Of a stretch of 64,000 bases of DNA, positions 1 through 22,329 are shown piece after piece (position 1 is the first letter of the stretch; each line of letters starts with the position of its first letter). The position numbers and the translations under genes are program-made. Origin of the DNA: Malacoraja senta (taxonomy: Eukaryota); assembly GCA_038087875.1 (NCBI GenBank), contig CM075991.1, forward strand, positions 8,248,001 to 8,312,000. Reading direction: 5' to 3'. The notes under the pieces were generated by a model. That model had not been told where the DNA came from. It made no database searches and worked only from the letters and a program-made list of their open reading frames with translations.

Positions 1-175
1 CTTCCCTCTCTCCCCTCTTCCCTCTCTCCCCTCTTCCCTCTCTCCCCTCTTCTCTCTCTCCCCTCTTCTCTCTCTCCCCCCTTCCCTCTCTCCCCTCTTC
101 CCTCTCTCCCCTCTTCTCTCTCTCCCCTCTTCTCTCTCTCCCCTCCTTCCCTCTCTCCCCTCCTCACCCTCTCCC
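1..175. repeat. CT-rich polypyrimidine minisatellite (copy at 12335-12596)
   Basis: Repeating CTCTCTCCCCTCTT-like units. Confidence 0.9.
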
Positions 176-914
176 CGGATCCCAGTGTGTAACTCCCTCG
201 ATTAAATCTGTCTGTTGCAGGATCCCACCCCACCTCGGCACGCTCTTTGTATTTTTGCATTGAACTAACTGCAGGCAACTGAGGGTGGTGGTTTGAATCT
301 TATTTCCCTTTGCAAGCAGTGGGTGGGTGTGGGGGGTGGGGGTGGGTGTGGGTGGTGGGGATGGCTGTGGGTGTGGGGGGTGGGGGTGGGGGGGGGTCAG
401 AACAGCACTGAAGACCAACGATTCCGAATAACAGCAGGAAACAGTCCCGACAACACGAGGAGGGAAATACTATTTAAAGCAGAACTGCTCCGGGTGCCAT
501 GATCACCATCATCAAGATGTCTGCTTTTATATATATATAATTTTTTTTTTAAACATGCAAACAAGGATTACATTGACCAGGGAGAGAATAACAAAGAGCT
601 TTCACATTGGGGCTCCCACGTTGGTGTAGTTTGGGCCAAATCAATGACTGAATTAACTGGTCTCGCCCATCGCTCGCTTTCATTGTCTCGAATCCAATGA
701 AGAAATCGGCTAGAATTCACTTTAATTCAATTAAATCAACGTGTCCGGGGCTGGAGGGGGGTGGAGGGGTGGAGGGGTGGAGGGGTGAGGAGAGGAGGCA
801 GCAATCTGTAAATCCACCACACATATCAACACACTAACACAATGAAGGGTTGCTTGTCCCTACACAAGGACCCATCCGGAATTAGCACGACATGGACATT
901 TAAAGGCTACTCAC

Positions 915-995
915 CGATGGCCTCGTCCCAGTCCGGCTCCAGTCGCTCTGTATCTTGTCAAACTTCCTCGCACAGATGTCCAGAGGGAAGCCCGG
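915..995 (-). CDS. Candidate 81-nt internal exon of an unidentified gene (PGFPLDICARKFDKIQSDWSRTGTRPS in phase 0, or RASLWTSVRGSLTRYRATGAGLGRGH in phase 2)
   Basis: On the minus strand a pyrimidine tract and acceptor (tttctctcctccctctcgctattttgcag) precede 81 nt of non-repetitive sequence and a gtgagt donor. Two frames are open. I do not recognise a homologue. Confidence 0.4.
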
Positions 996-1315
996 CTGCA
1001 AAATAGCGAGAGGGAGGAGAGAAAGGAAATGCTACATTGGGAGCCTGTCAGCTTGGCGGTGAGGTTGACCAGATGGTCGCTGCTGGATCCAACAAGTCTC
1101 CAGTCTATTAGTTTCTTTCCTCTCTTTACCCCCCTCTTTCTCTCTCTCACTCTCTCCCTAAAAGGGGGCAATGGGCAGAGCAGACCGGCCGCTGTTGGGG
1201 GTGTCACAGCAGAAGCTTTTCCTCCAACACTCGCTCTCCTTTAGAGCAACTTGTTCCATTCCCCGCGCAGCCTCTGATCCAGCCCAGATATTGCCCGCCC
1301 CGTCACAGGCGGCGT

Positions 1316-6290
<4,975 letters not shown>

Positions 6291-6384
6291 AGATTGCACT
6301 CCAACTGTATAAATACTAATTCACAGACTAATGTTACAACACTAGGAGGGACTCCACGGCGTGGAAAATCGCTCAGGTTCGTTA

Positions 6385-6525
6385 TGTTCATAAATTCATG
6401 TTCTAGGTGCAGAATTAGGCCATTCGGCCCATCAAGTCTACTTTGCCATTCAATCATGGCTGATCTATCTCTCCCTCCTAACCCCATTCCCCTGCCTTCT
6501 CCCCTGACACCCGTACTAATCAAAA
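6385..6525 (-). mobile_element. CR1/HER1-type LINE 3' end fragment
   Basis: Reverse complement of the conserved tail GATCAGCCATGATTGAATGGC...GGGCCGAATGGCCTAATTCT. Confidence 0.8.
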
Positions 6526-6529
6526 ACGT

Positions 6530-6720
6530 TTTTCCTCATCTCCATTCTGTCTTTCATTTGTTTGTTCTATATCTCTCTATAGTATCACTGTCTATATCTT
6601 TTTCCCTCTCCCCTTGACTCATCATTCTGAGGAAGGGTCTCGACCCTAAACGTCACCTATTCCTTCTCTCCACAGATGCTGCCTGTCCCGCTGAGTTACT
6701 CCAGCTTTTCGTGTCTGTCT
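6530..6720 (+). mobile_element. Penelope pLTR fragment with a degenerate hammerhead core
   Basis: CTGAGGAAGGGTCTCGACCCTAAACGTC followed by ...GATGCTGCCTGTCCCGCTGAGTTACTCCAGC. Confidence 0.7.
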
Positions 6721-6920
6721 NNNNNNNNNNNNNNNNNNNNNNNNNNNNNNNNNNNNNNNNNNNNNNNNNNNNNNNNNNNNNNNNNNNNNNNNNNNNNNNN
6801 NNNNNNNNNNNNNNNNNNNNNNNNNNNNNNNNNNNNNNNNNNNNNNNNNNNNNNNNNNNNNNNNNNNNNNNNNNNNNNNNNNNNNNNNNNNNNNNNNNNN
6901 NNNNNNNNNNNNNNNNNNNN
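6721..6920. other. Assembly gap (200 N)
   Basis: Run of N. Confidence 1.
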
Positions 6921-7084
6921 GTCTCCTGCGGAAGGGTGGGACACTTCCACCAGGCAGCCTGCACTGTTGGCAGGTGATTCCACACTCTAGTTTAGTTTAA
7001 TTTTCCCCACATCTGACATTAGTGACGCAAATACAAAAAAAAAACACAGAGCATGTACAACACAATGCTGGAAGAAGGTCATTG

Positions 7085-7475
7085 GTGATAGGAGCAGAAT
7101 TAGGCCATTTGGTCAATAGACAATAGACAATAGGTGCAGGAGTAGGCCATTCGGCCCTTCGAGCCAATGCTACATCAAGTCTACTCCGTCATTCAATCAT
7201 GGCTGATCTATTCTCCTGCCTTCTCCCCATAACCTCTGACACCTGCACTAATCGAGAACCTATCTATCTCTGCCTTAAAAATATCCACTGACTTGGCCTC
7301 CACAGCCTTCTGTGGCAAAGAATTCCGCAGATTCACCACCCTCTGACTAAAGGAATTCCTTCTCATCTCCTTCCTAAAGGAACGTCCTTTAATTCTGAGG
7401 CTGTGACCTCTAGTTCTAGAATCTCCCACTAGTGGAAACATCCTCTCCACATCCACTCTATCCAAGCCTTTCGCT
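7085..7475 (-). mobile_element. CR1/HER1 LINE 3' fragment (ORF2 C-terminus plus 3' UTR)
   Basis: ORF 7208-7495 contains RTRGHSLRIKGRSFRKEMRRNSFSQRVVNLRNSLP, the CR1 ORF2 C-terminal motif. Confidence 0.9.
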
Positions 7476-7579
7476 ATTTGTGGGTCAGGCAGCATCTGTG
7501 GAGGGAATTGACAGATGACATTTGGACCTCTCGTTGGACTGATCAGTTATCTGTCCATTCCCAGCTTGACTCGCTGACT

Positions 7580-7870
7580 TTAGATTTTATAGATACAGCG
7601 TGGAAACAGGCCCTTAGTTCGGCCCAACAAGGCCGTGTCGACCAGCGACCACTATCCTACACACTAGGGACAATTTACAATTTTACAGAAGGCAAATTAA
7701 CCTACAAACCTGTACATCTTTGGAGTGTGGGTGGGAAACCGGTGCGCCCGTAGAAAATCCACGTGGTCACGGGGAGGACGTACAAACTCCGTACAGGCAG
7801 CACCCGTAGTCAGAATCGAACCTGGGTCTCTGGTGCTGTGAGGCAGCTGCGCCACCTTGCTGCCCTCCGG
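7580..7870 (-). mobile_element. HE1-like V-SINE
   Basis: tRNA-like head (GGTTCGATTC box B), V-domain-like core and CR1-derived tail. Confidence 0.8.
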
Positions 7871-8614
7871 TACGCTGTGTGTTGCTCAAGATTCCAGCAC
7901 CTGCAGTTCCTTGCGTCTGCACGGCTTTGAAACCAGTGTGAAGAAAGCAACGAGGGGCCCAGCAGTAATTCAAGTCTTTTATTTGTTTTCCATTAACTGT
8001 GGTCAGGACAAGCCATGTTGAATCCGTTCTGTGCAGCCCCCAAATTGAACAAGTCTCAAGATGAATTCTGACTGAGCGAATACTATAACCGTGTTCAGTG
8101 GGCATGGTGTCAGAGTGGAAGGGGAGAGGCGGGGGGGGGACGCAGGGAACTAGTGTATATCAGGACAAGTTACCAGCTGAACTGCACGGGCCGTCAATAA
8201 AAGGCCGAGACTGTCACACTGAGGCTCCTGGTTCATTCATAAACAATGATCACGCGAGTTAGGCAGGAGGGAGACAGGAGGAGGTTTGTCTCTGCTGCTG
8301 TAACGATATTCCTGCAGGTTCCAATGTATTCAACAAGCAGGCTAAGGTTAGTGAGGGCAAGGATAACTTCAAGCAGAGTCACTCACGGGCAGAGTCAAAC
8401 TACTACTGCTGTTCATTTATAGAAACATTCCTAGCTGAGAAATAAAAGCATTGCAAAGCTCAGCACTGACACACCAGACATCTATTCAAAGCCAAATTCC
8501 AAACTTATGTTAGGAGAGGTAAAGGGTATTGTGTACTCTTTACTAAAAGTTCTCCTTTCACATATACAATCATCTACTTCACTGTAGCATTATATCTACA
8601 AATTGGACTTAGGA

Positions 8615-8852
8615 GTGATAGAGTTGCTGCCTTACAGCGCCAGGTTCGATCCTGACTACGGGTGCTTGTCCGTGCGGAGTTTGTACGTTATCCCCGCTGG
8701 AGGTTTTCTCCGGGTGCTCCAGTTCCTCACGCATTCCAAAGACGTACGGAGTTTGTACGTTCTCACCGTGATCGCTGTGGACCATGTTGGTCGGCGCGGA
8801 CCCGGTGGGCCCAGGGCCCCGTTTACGCGCTGTATCTCCGAACTAAACTAAC
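8615..8852 (+). mobile_element. Degenerate HE1-like V-SINE
   Basis: GAGTTGCTGCCTTACAGCGCCAGGTTCGATCCTGACTACGGG head; AACTAAACTAA tail. Confidence 0.7.
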
Positions 8853-9416
8853 CTGCTACCCAAAGGATCCAGCCACCCAGTCCCAACCCTAACATCCCAT
8901 GATGCAATCCCGAGACCCAGTGGATCTCTTCAAGGTGTTTCAGTTTCCTGCCACATAGGTTAATTGGCCACTGCAAATGGCCATTAATATGCAGGTAAAT
9001 TATAGAATCTGGGGAGAGATGGTGAGAAATGGGGTCAATAAAAAGTGGGATCAGTGTCAGCATAGACTAGATGGGCCAAAGGGCCCATTTCTGTCAGGCA
9101 TAACAGTCCCAAAGTGCCGGAGTAACTCAGCGGGTCAGGTGGCATCTCTGGAGAAAAAAGATGGGTGATGTTTCGGGCTGGGACCCACCTTCAGACTGAG
9201 AGTAGAGGGGTGGAAACTGGAGATCTGGGGAGAAGAAAAAAGATCTGTCTGGTATGACCCATGGAAACATAGAAAATAGGTGCAGGAGTAGGTCATTCGG
9301 CCCTTCGATCTTCGAGCCCATTCAATATGATCATGGCCGATCATCCAAAAGCAGTACCCAGGTCCTGCTTTTTCTCTCATATCCCTTGATTCCATTAGCC
9401 CGAAGAGCTTATCTAA

Positions 9417-9714
9417 AGGGCCTGTCCCACTGTACGAGCTAATTCAAGAGTTCTCCCGAGTTTCCCTTGATTTGAACTCGGAGAATTACGGTAATAGCCG
9501 CTCGTAGGTACTCGGGGCTCTCGTGGACATTTTTCAACATGTTGAAAAATCTTCACGAGCTTACCGCGTTTCCCGAGTACCTGACGTTAGCGTTACGAGC
9601 CGCTAAGAGACGTCCCCGAGCTCCGACGTACCCGCTACGTACTTACCACGAGTTTTTTTGTTTTTTTTAACTTGGGAGAGCTCTTGGGTAAACTCGTATA
9701 GTGGGGACAGGACT
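9417..9714. mobile_element. MITE, Harbinger-like family subtype A, inserted in a CR1 tail
   Basis: TIRs AGGGCCTGTCCCACTGTACGAG and CTCGTATAGTGGGGACAGGACT, flanked by TAA and TTA. The host CR1 sequence resumes on the other side. Confidence 0.85.
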
Positions 9715-9924
9715 TTACTCTCTTGAAAACATCCAGTGAATTGGCCTCCACTGCCTTCTGTTAAAATAACCATCAACTGAGACAGAGATAGAAAGCAGTC
9801 CGACACTCCACTCAGAAGGAAAACTGCAGTTGCTGCCTGCATTTATTGCATGTATCGGGCTCTCACAGGCAGCCAGTGTATAATCGAGTGCCAACACTGC
9901 ATAGGTCAACACTTGATGGATTGA

Positions 9925-10203
9925 AAGATACAGCTTGGATACAGGCCCTTCAGTCCCCGCTGACCATCGATCGCACGTTTGCACTAGTTCTATGTTATCC
10001 CATTTTTCTCATCCACTCCCAGCACAATGGGAGAAATTTGCAGAAGACCCAACGAACCGACAAACCTCCACGTCATTGGGAAACCCGCGCGGTCACAGGG
10101 GGAAGGTGCAAACTCCGTATGCAGACAGCACCCGAGGTCAGGATCGAACCCGGGTCTCTGGTGCTGTGAGGCAGCAACTCTACCGCTGCGCCACCGTGCC
10201 GGC
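9925..10203 (-). mobile_element. HE1-like V-SINE
   Basis: Reverse complement of GGCACGGTGGCGCAGCGGTAGAGTTGCTGCCTCACAGC...GGGTTCGATCC. Confidence 0.85.
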
Positions 10204-10802
10204 CCAGTTTCTTCCTTCACATTTAGTCCCTTGCACCCTTAAACCCAAGATGAAGCGGCAAATGGTCCAATGTTAGCACTGGGTACCGCAAATAGCTTGA
10301 TAACACATACGGCCATCACACAAGAACACCATCACACTGAAGAAGGGTCCCAGCCCGAAACGTCACCCATCCGCATTCTCCAGAGATGCTGCCCGACCGC
10401 CCGAGTTACTCCTGCACTTTGCGTCTTTAGTTGTAAACAGGCATCTGCAGTTCCTCGTTTCTGCAGCTTCTTCCCTGCTGTAATCAGACCATTAAGGCCA
10501 TCAGGGGTTATGGGGAGAAGGGCAGGAGAATGGGCTTGAGAGGGAAAGATAGATCAGCCATGATTGAACGGCGGAGTAGACTTGATGGGTCGAATGCTCA
10601 TGTAACTTACGGACGTGGACAGAGACTGGTCAGAAGCCAAGTATGATCCCCCCTCACACTGCGGCCCTTAAGACTTCATTTAAACATATAACTTTGTGCT
10701 ACAGTAACACGGCAACACTGCACTCTGCTATATTCCTCTTTGTATTTCCTGTTGTACCTGCGTACGGCCTGATTATACTAAGTTATGGTCCGATTTGTAA
10801 TA

Positions 10803-11020
10803 GAAAGGAACTGCAGATGCTGGTTTAACCCAAAGATAGACACAAATGCTGGAGTAACTCAGCGGGTCAGGCAGCATCTCTGGAGAACATGGATAGGTGA
10901 CGATTCTAGTTGGGACCCCTTCTTCAGAGTGAAGAAGGCCCCGACCCGAAACCTCACCTATTGATTGCCTCCACAGATGCTTCCTGAACCCACTGAGTTA
11001 CTCCAGCATTTTGTGTCTAT
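10803..11020. mobile_element. Inverted pair of Penelope pLTR fragments
   Basis: AGGAACTGCAGATGCTGG...CTTCTTCAGA followed by its reverse complement ending GAGTTACTCCAGCATTTTGTGTCTAT. Confidence 0.75.
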
Positions 11021-11149
11021 ATAATTTAATTGTGTAGCGTGCAAAGCGGACATTTTTCACTACTAATACCAATAATATTATGACAATAATAGACCAATCT
11101 CAAAGAGCAGCTATTAACCATCACTTGTAGGTTAACCCATGATGAGCTT

Positions 11150-11575
11150 TTATCAGCACTGGGCCTGTACTCGGTGGAGTTTAGAAAAATGAGGGGGGAC
11201 CTCATTGAAACGTACAGAATAGTGAAAGTCTCGGATAGAGTGGATGTGGAGAGGATGTTTCTACTAGTGGGAGAGTCTCGACTGGAGGTCACAGCCTCAG
11301 AATTAAAGGACATTCTTTTAGGAAGGAGATGAGGAGAATTTCTTTAGTCAGAGGGTGGTGAATCTGTGGAATTCTTTGCCACAGACGGCTGTGGAGGCCA
11401 AGTCAGTGGATATTTTTAAGGCAGAGATAGATAGATTCTCGATTAGTACGGGTGTCAGAGGTTATGGGGAGAAGGCAGGAGAATGGGGTTAGGAGGGAGA
11501 GATAGATCAGCCATGATTGAATGGCGGAGTAGAGTTGATGGGCCGAATGGCCTAATTCTACCCCCTATTCCTTAA
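11150..11575 (+). mobile_element. CR1/HER1 LINE 3' fragment
   Basis: Encodes LGLYSVEFRKMRGDLIETYRIV... and is followed by the conserved 3' UTR. Confidence 0.9.
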
Positions 11576-11664
11576 TACGTTATGACTTCCCCATGATCAA
11601 CAATTAAAAATTAAACTCACCTGCCCCTTAGATGTCCCCTACATGAACCCCAGATACTGCTGTC

Positions 11665-11897
11665 GTAATGCTGATTTAAACCGAAGGTAGACTCAAAAAG
11701 CTGGAGTAACTCAGCAGGACAGGCAGCATCTCTGGAGAGAAGGAATGGGTGACGTTTTCGGTCGAGACCCGAAACGTCACCCTTCTTGACAAGACCCTTC
11801 TTCTGAGGAAGGGTCTCGACCCGAAACGTCACCCATTCCTTCTCTCCAGAGATGCTGCCTGTCCTGCTGAGTTACTCCAGCTGTTCGTGTCTATCTT
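11665..11897. mobile_element. Inverted pair of Penelope pLTR fragments with hammerhead cores
   Basis: Long inverted repeat containing CTGAGGAAGGGTCTCGACCCGAAACGTC. Confidence 0.75.
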
Positions 11898-13343
11898 ATA
11901 TACACAAAGGATAGGTACAGACTCGATGGGCCGCATGGCCTCTCTCTGTGCAAGGAGGGGAAGGGACTGTGCCTTTAAACCAAATTACGTCATGCACAGT
12001 TTGAACAAAATAGGCAATGAAGTTACACATCCCATTGCCTGAAGTCCCATTACAGCACAATCACCTTCATAGCCCTTAATATTTCAGGGGTGGAAAATGC
12101 CCTTCACATTTAGAAAAGCTGATCATTAAAAAATTTGAGGCATGGGGAAATCCCACAAAGAGCTAACGTGGGAATTAGTTTTTAAAAGACCCGTTGCTCG
12201 GGCTGTCTGTGTCTCAATCTGGAGATTCACAAATATTATGCAGATCAGTCTTAGGTGGGTCACCAGGGCGGGAGTTGAAGGCGGGGGTTAGTCTTGCTAG
12301 TTTATGAGGGGAGAAGACACCCTATCTCTCCACTACCTCCTTCTCTCTCTCCCTCCTTCTCTCTCCTCCCCTCCTTCTCTCTCTCCCCTCCTTCTCTCTC
12401 TCCCCTCTTCTCTCTCTCCCCTCTTCCCTCTCTCCCTCTTCCCTCTCTCCCTCTTCCTCTCTCCCCTCTTCTCTCTCTCCCCTCTTCTCTCTCTCCCCCC
12501 TTCCCTCTCTCCCCTCTTCCCTCTCTCCCCTCTTCTCTCTCTCCCCTCTTCTCTCTCTCCCCTCCTTCCCTCTCTCCCCTCCTCACCCCTCTCCCCGGAT
12601 CCCAGTGTGTAACTCCCTCGATTAAATCTGTTCTGTTGCAGGATCCCACCCCACCTCGGCACGCTCTTTGTATTTTTGCATTGAACTAACTGCAGGCAAC
12701 TGAGGGTGGTGGTTTGAATCTTATTTCCCTTTGCAAGCAGTGGGTGGGTGTGGGGGTGGGGGTGGGTGTGGGTGGTGGGGATGGCTGTGGGTGGTGGGGG
12801 GGTGGGGGGTGGGGGGGGGGTCAGAACAGCACTGAAGACCAACGATTCCGAATAACAGCAGGAAACAGTCCCGACAACACGAGGAGGGAAAATACTATTT
12901 AAAGCAGAACTGCTCCGGGTGCCATGATCACCATCATCAAGATGTCTGCTTTTATATATATATAATTTTTTTTTTTAAACATGCAAACAAGGATTACATT
13001 GACCAGGGAGAGAATAACAAAGAGCTTTCAACATTGGGGCTCCCACGTTGGTGTAGTTTGGGCCAAATCAATGACTGAATTAACTGGTCTCGCCCATCGC
13101 TCGCTTTCATTGTCTCGAATCCAATGAAGAAATCGGCTAGAATTCACTTTAATTCAATTAAATCAACGTGTCCGGGGCTGGGAGGGGGGTGGGAGGGGTG
13201 GAGGGGTGGAGGGGTGAGGAGAGGAGGCAGCAATCTGTAAATCCACCACACATATCAACACACTAACACAATGAAGGGTTGCTTGTCCCTACACAAGGAC
13301 CCATCCGGAATTAGCACGACATGGACATTTAAAGGCTACTCAC

Positions 13344-13425
13344 ACGATGGCCTCGTCCCAGTCCGGCTCCAGTCGCTCTGTATCTTGTCAAACTTCCTCG
13401 CACAGATGTCCAGAGGGAAGCCCGG
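13344..13425 (-). CDS. Second copy of the candidate exon (82 nt here because of a 1-bp insertion next to the donor)
   Basis: Same acceptor and donor context as 915-995. Confidence 0.35.
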
Positions 13426-13745
13426 CTGCAAAATAGCGAGAGGGAGGAGAGAAAGGAAATGCTACATTGGAGCCTGTCAGCTTGGCGGTGAGGTTGACCA
13501 GATGGTCGCTGCTGGATCCAACAAGTCTCCAGTCTATTAGTTTTCTTTCCTCTCTTTACCCCCCTCTTTCTCTCTCTCACTCTCTCCCTAAAAGGGGGCA
13601 ATGGGCAGAGCAGACCGGCCGCTGTTGGGGGTGTCACAGCAGAAGCTTTTCCTCCAACACTCGCTCTCCTTTAGAGCAACTTGTTCCATTCCCCGCGCAG
13701 CCTCTGATCCAGCCCAGATATTGCCCGCCCCGTCACAGGCGGCGT

Positions 13746-18736
<4,991 letters not shown>

Positions 18737-19446
18737 AGATTGCACTCCAACTGTATAAATACTAATTCACAGACTAATGTTACAACACTAGGAGGGACTC
18801 CACGGCGTGGAAATCGCTCAGGTTCGTTATGTTCATAAATTCATGTTCTAGGTGCAGAATTAGGCCATTCGGGCCCATCAAGTCTACTTTGCCATTCAAT
18901 CATGGCTGATCTATCTCTCCCTCCTAACCCCATTCCCCTGCCTTCTCCCCCTGACACCCGTACTAATCAAAAACGTTTTCCTCATCTCCATTCTGTCTTT
19001 CATTTGTTTGTTCTATATCTCTCTATAGTATCACTGTCTATATCTTTTCCCTCTCCCCTTGACTCTCATTCTGAGGAAGGGTCTCGACCCTAAACGTCAC
19101 CTATTCCTTCTCTCCACAGATGCTGCCTGTCCCGCTGAGTTACTCCAGCTTTTCGTGTTCTGTCTTCGGTTTACACCAGCATGGGCAGTTCCTTCCTACG
19201 CAGGATCAAATATGTAGATGAACATACAATGCTCTCCAGTGATGGATGGACACACAGTGATACATAAGCAGAGCGATGCATGTGCAGCAAAGCCATTTCC
19301 TTTGTGCCAAGTGAAAGAAAGCATTTTTCCAAAATCATCTAATCTAGAAAGTATGCCACAAATGACGACAAATAAAATACCATAAATGCACACTCACCAA
19401 TGTGATGACATAATGTGTATAGGTTGCTGCATAGAATGCCAGGCTT

Positions 19447-19695
19447 TTAGACAATAGACAATAGATGCAGGAGTAGGCCATTCGGCCCTTCGAGCCAGCA
19501 CCGCCATTCAATGTGATCATGGCTGATCATCCCCAATCAGTACCCCGTTCCTGCCTTCTCCCCATATCCCCTGACTCCGCTATCTTTAAGAGCCCTATCT
19601 AGCTCTCTTGAAAGTATCCAGAGAACCGGCCTCCACCGGCCTCCACCACCCTCTGAGGCAGAGAATTCCACAGACTCACAACTCTCGGTGAGAAA
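19447..19695 (-). mobile_element. CR1 LINE 3' end with (CTATTGT)n tail
   Basis: Conserved 3' UTR; AGACAAT repeats on the plus strand. Confidence 0.85.
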
Positions 19696-19704
19696 AGAAA
19701 CACG

Positions 19705-19862
19705 GAGGGACAATTAATCTACAAACCCGCACGACTTTGGCGTGTGGGAGGAAACCGGAACACCCGGGGGTAAAAAAATCACGCGGTCCACAGGGGAGAA
19801 AGTGCACCCGAGGCCAGGATCGAACCCGGGACTCTGGCGCTGTGAGGCAGCAACTCTACCAG
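19705..19862 (-). mobile_element. HE1-like V-SINE fragment
   Basis: tRNA-like head and V-domain-like core on the minus strand. Confidence 0.75.
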
Positions 19863-20199
19863 TTTCCTTTTGGTCATTAGGCTCTGATAACTTGTAGATA
19901 CTGGTAGCATAGGTGGTGAGAGGGGTTGTTCTGGGTCGCCAGAACTAATTGTTGAGTCTTTCCGAGGTGTCGTGGGCCAAACTCAACGAAGCACCAGTGA
20001 AGGAAGGTGCCCACTTGCTAATTATGTATGTGCTTGTTGACATGTAGGTAGTTGATTGTTGCGTATGGAGCTCGGTATTGTCCTTAGCCTAAGTTTGTAC
20101 AATCAGATTAGATAATACTTTGGCTTTGGGCTTGGTTTTCTTGGTTGGGTGCTTATCCTGGTGGGTTATAGCACAAGTACTCTGTGTTTTAATTGCTAT

Positions 20200-20466
20200 T
20201 TAAGTATGTAAGTAAGTAAGTTTATTGGCCAAGTATTCACATACAAGGAATTTGCCTTGGTGCTCCGCCCACAAGTAACAACATGACATACAGTGACAGT
20301 TACGAATGACTCAGAAAACACTAAACATTAATAAAACAAAACATTAATGATAAAACAACATTGATCAAGCATGTGAACCAACAAAATACCAGATCACAGG
20401 GAGGCTACAGATTTTTGGCTGTTGAGTAAATTACTCGTGGATAAAAACTGTTTTTATGTCTGGCTT
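20200..20466 (-). mobile_element. Rex1/Babar-type LINE 3' end
   Basis: Remnant peptide ARHKNSFYPRVI, AATAAA and an (ACTT)n tail. Confidence 0.65.
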
Positions 20467-20566
20467 TAGAAACAAGGAACTGCAGATGCTGGTTTACCAA
20501 GGAAAAGCACAACATGCTGGAGGAGGTCGGGGAGGACCGCATACAACACGGTGAGCCTGATGGCAG

Positions 20567-20985
20567 GTACACAAAAATGCTGGAGAAACTCAGCGGGTGC
20601 AGCAGCATCTATGGAGCGAAGGAAACAGGCAACGTTTCGGGCCGAAATACTTCTTCAGACTGATAGGGGGTGGGGAGAAGAAAGAAAAAAGGCGGAGGAG
20701 GAGCCCGAGGGCTGTGGGAGGGGAGGAGACAACCAGAGGGCTGATGAAAGGGGTGGGGACAGCAAGGGCTAGCAGGAAGTAGACTGCCCAAGCGGAATAT
20801 GAGGTGCATTTCCTCCAATTTCCGGTGTTGCTCGCTGTGGACATGGAGGAGACCCAGGACAGAGAGGTCAGATGGGAGGGAGGGGGAGTTGAAGTGCTGA
20901 GCCACCGGGAGGTCAGGTTGGTTATTGCGGACCGACCGGAGGTGTTCGGCGAAAAGATTGCCAAGCCTCCGCTTGGTCTCACCGG
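20567..20985 (-). mobile_element. Penelope-like element 3' fragment (GIY-YIG C-terminal remnant plus pLTR), internally deleted
   Basis: ORF 20609-20905 (AQHFNSPS..DLSVLGLLHVHSEQHRKLEEMHLIFRLGSL); closely matches 61655-62110. Confidence 0.9.
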
Positions 20986-22329
20986 TGGCATGCCTGGCTC
21001 ACCAGCCACGGAACCGCAAGAGGTCATAAAGTCAAAATGGTTAGGGGTAGAATGAGGCCATTTGGCCCATCAAGTCTACTCCGCCGTTCAATCATGGCTG
21101 ATCGATCTCTCGCCTCCTTATTAACTCCCCCCTAACCCATTGAGAGGGAAGATGTCGGGTCCGTCCCCCGCTTGCCCTGAAGACCGGGGACTGGAGAGGA
21201 GGAGGAGAGAGTCGGCGGCTGCAGTGGACACTGGACAAGGGAGGGTAGGAAGAACCAAGGGGGTCTTACCTTCCGCACCGGGTTGAAGATGGCCGGGCAC
21301 GGAGTTGATTGGTACGGGGGCCAGAGGTTATGGGGAGAAGGCAGGAGAATGGGGTTAGGAGGGAGGGATAGATCAGCCATGATTGAATGGCGGGAGTAGA
21401 CTTGATGGGCTGAATGGCCTAATTCTACCCCTATTCCTTAATGCTTTATGACTTCCCCTAGATCAACAATTAAAAATTAAACTCACCTGCCCCTTAGATG
21501 TCCCCTTCCTTAAGACCTTATGACGATGGTTATGGCCAGTTGGGAATGTGAAACGGCCTCAAAACCGGGCGACATTTGCATACAGACGCTGTGGGCTGAT
21601 TCTGTGTATTATCTACTGACTGGGGATTGTACCTTATGGATGGTATTAATCTATGGGTACTGATCTATTTGCATAAAACAAATCCCACTCTAGGTAGACA
21701 CAAAGAGCTGGAGTAACTCAGGCAGCTTCTCTGGAGAGAAAGAATGGGTGACGTTTCGGGTCGAGACCCTTCTTCAGACAATCTCACTGTACCTTGGTAC
21801 ATGTGATAAAAAAAGGAGCCATTAAACCATTGAGAAACTCAGCGGTCCAGACTGCTCTCCTGCAGAACATGGATAGGTGACGTTTCGGGTCAGGACCCTG
21901 CTTTAGACTGATGAAAACGTCACCCATCCATGTTTTGTTTAAGAAGGAACTGCAGATGCTGGAAAATCGAAGGTAGACAAAAGTGCTGGAGAAACTCAGC
22001 GGGTGCAGCAGCATCTATGGAGCGAAGGAAATAGGCAACGTTTCGGGCCGAAACCCTTCTTCAGACCTATCCATGTTTTCCAGGGACATTTGCCAGACCA
22101 GCGTTTTATGTCTTGGCTCTGATAACTTCATTTGTGATTCAGCGTCAAGTTTTAATTGCAGATGCTCCTGTGAAGCAGCTTGGGATGTTTTATTGTGTTG
22201 AAGTGCCCTACAATTACAGATTGAAGCATGAATGGGAAGAGATTCGTGTAGAATACAACTATCTGCACAGCCGAGTTGAATTGAATGTCACGTTCTAATC
22301 ACAGAACTAGGTGCCACACCGTGAGTTTC

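Noticed and set aside
6653..6990. ORFs spanning N runs (also 47884-48489)
   Set aside because: Artefacts of the assembly gaps
19398..19426. 29-nt minus-strand micro-exon (cag...gtgagt)
   Set aside because: Weak pyrimidine tract directly beside a CR1 tail, and the length does not preserve frame
21125..21310. GC-rich segment with a minus-strand AG/gtaag donor
   Set aside because: It lies between two CR1 tails and has no acceptor; more likely a TE fragment that I cannot assign
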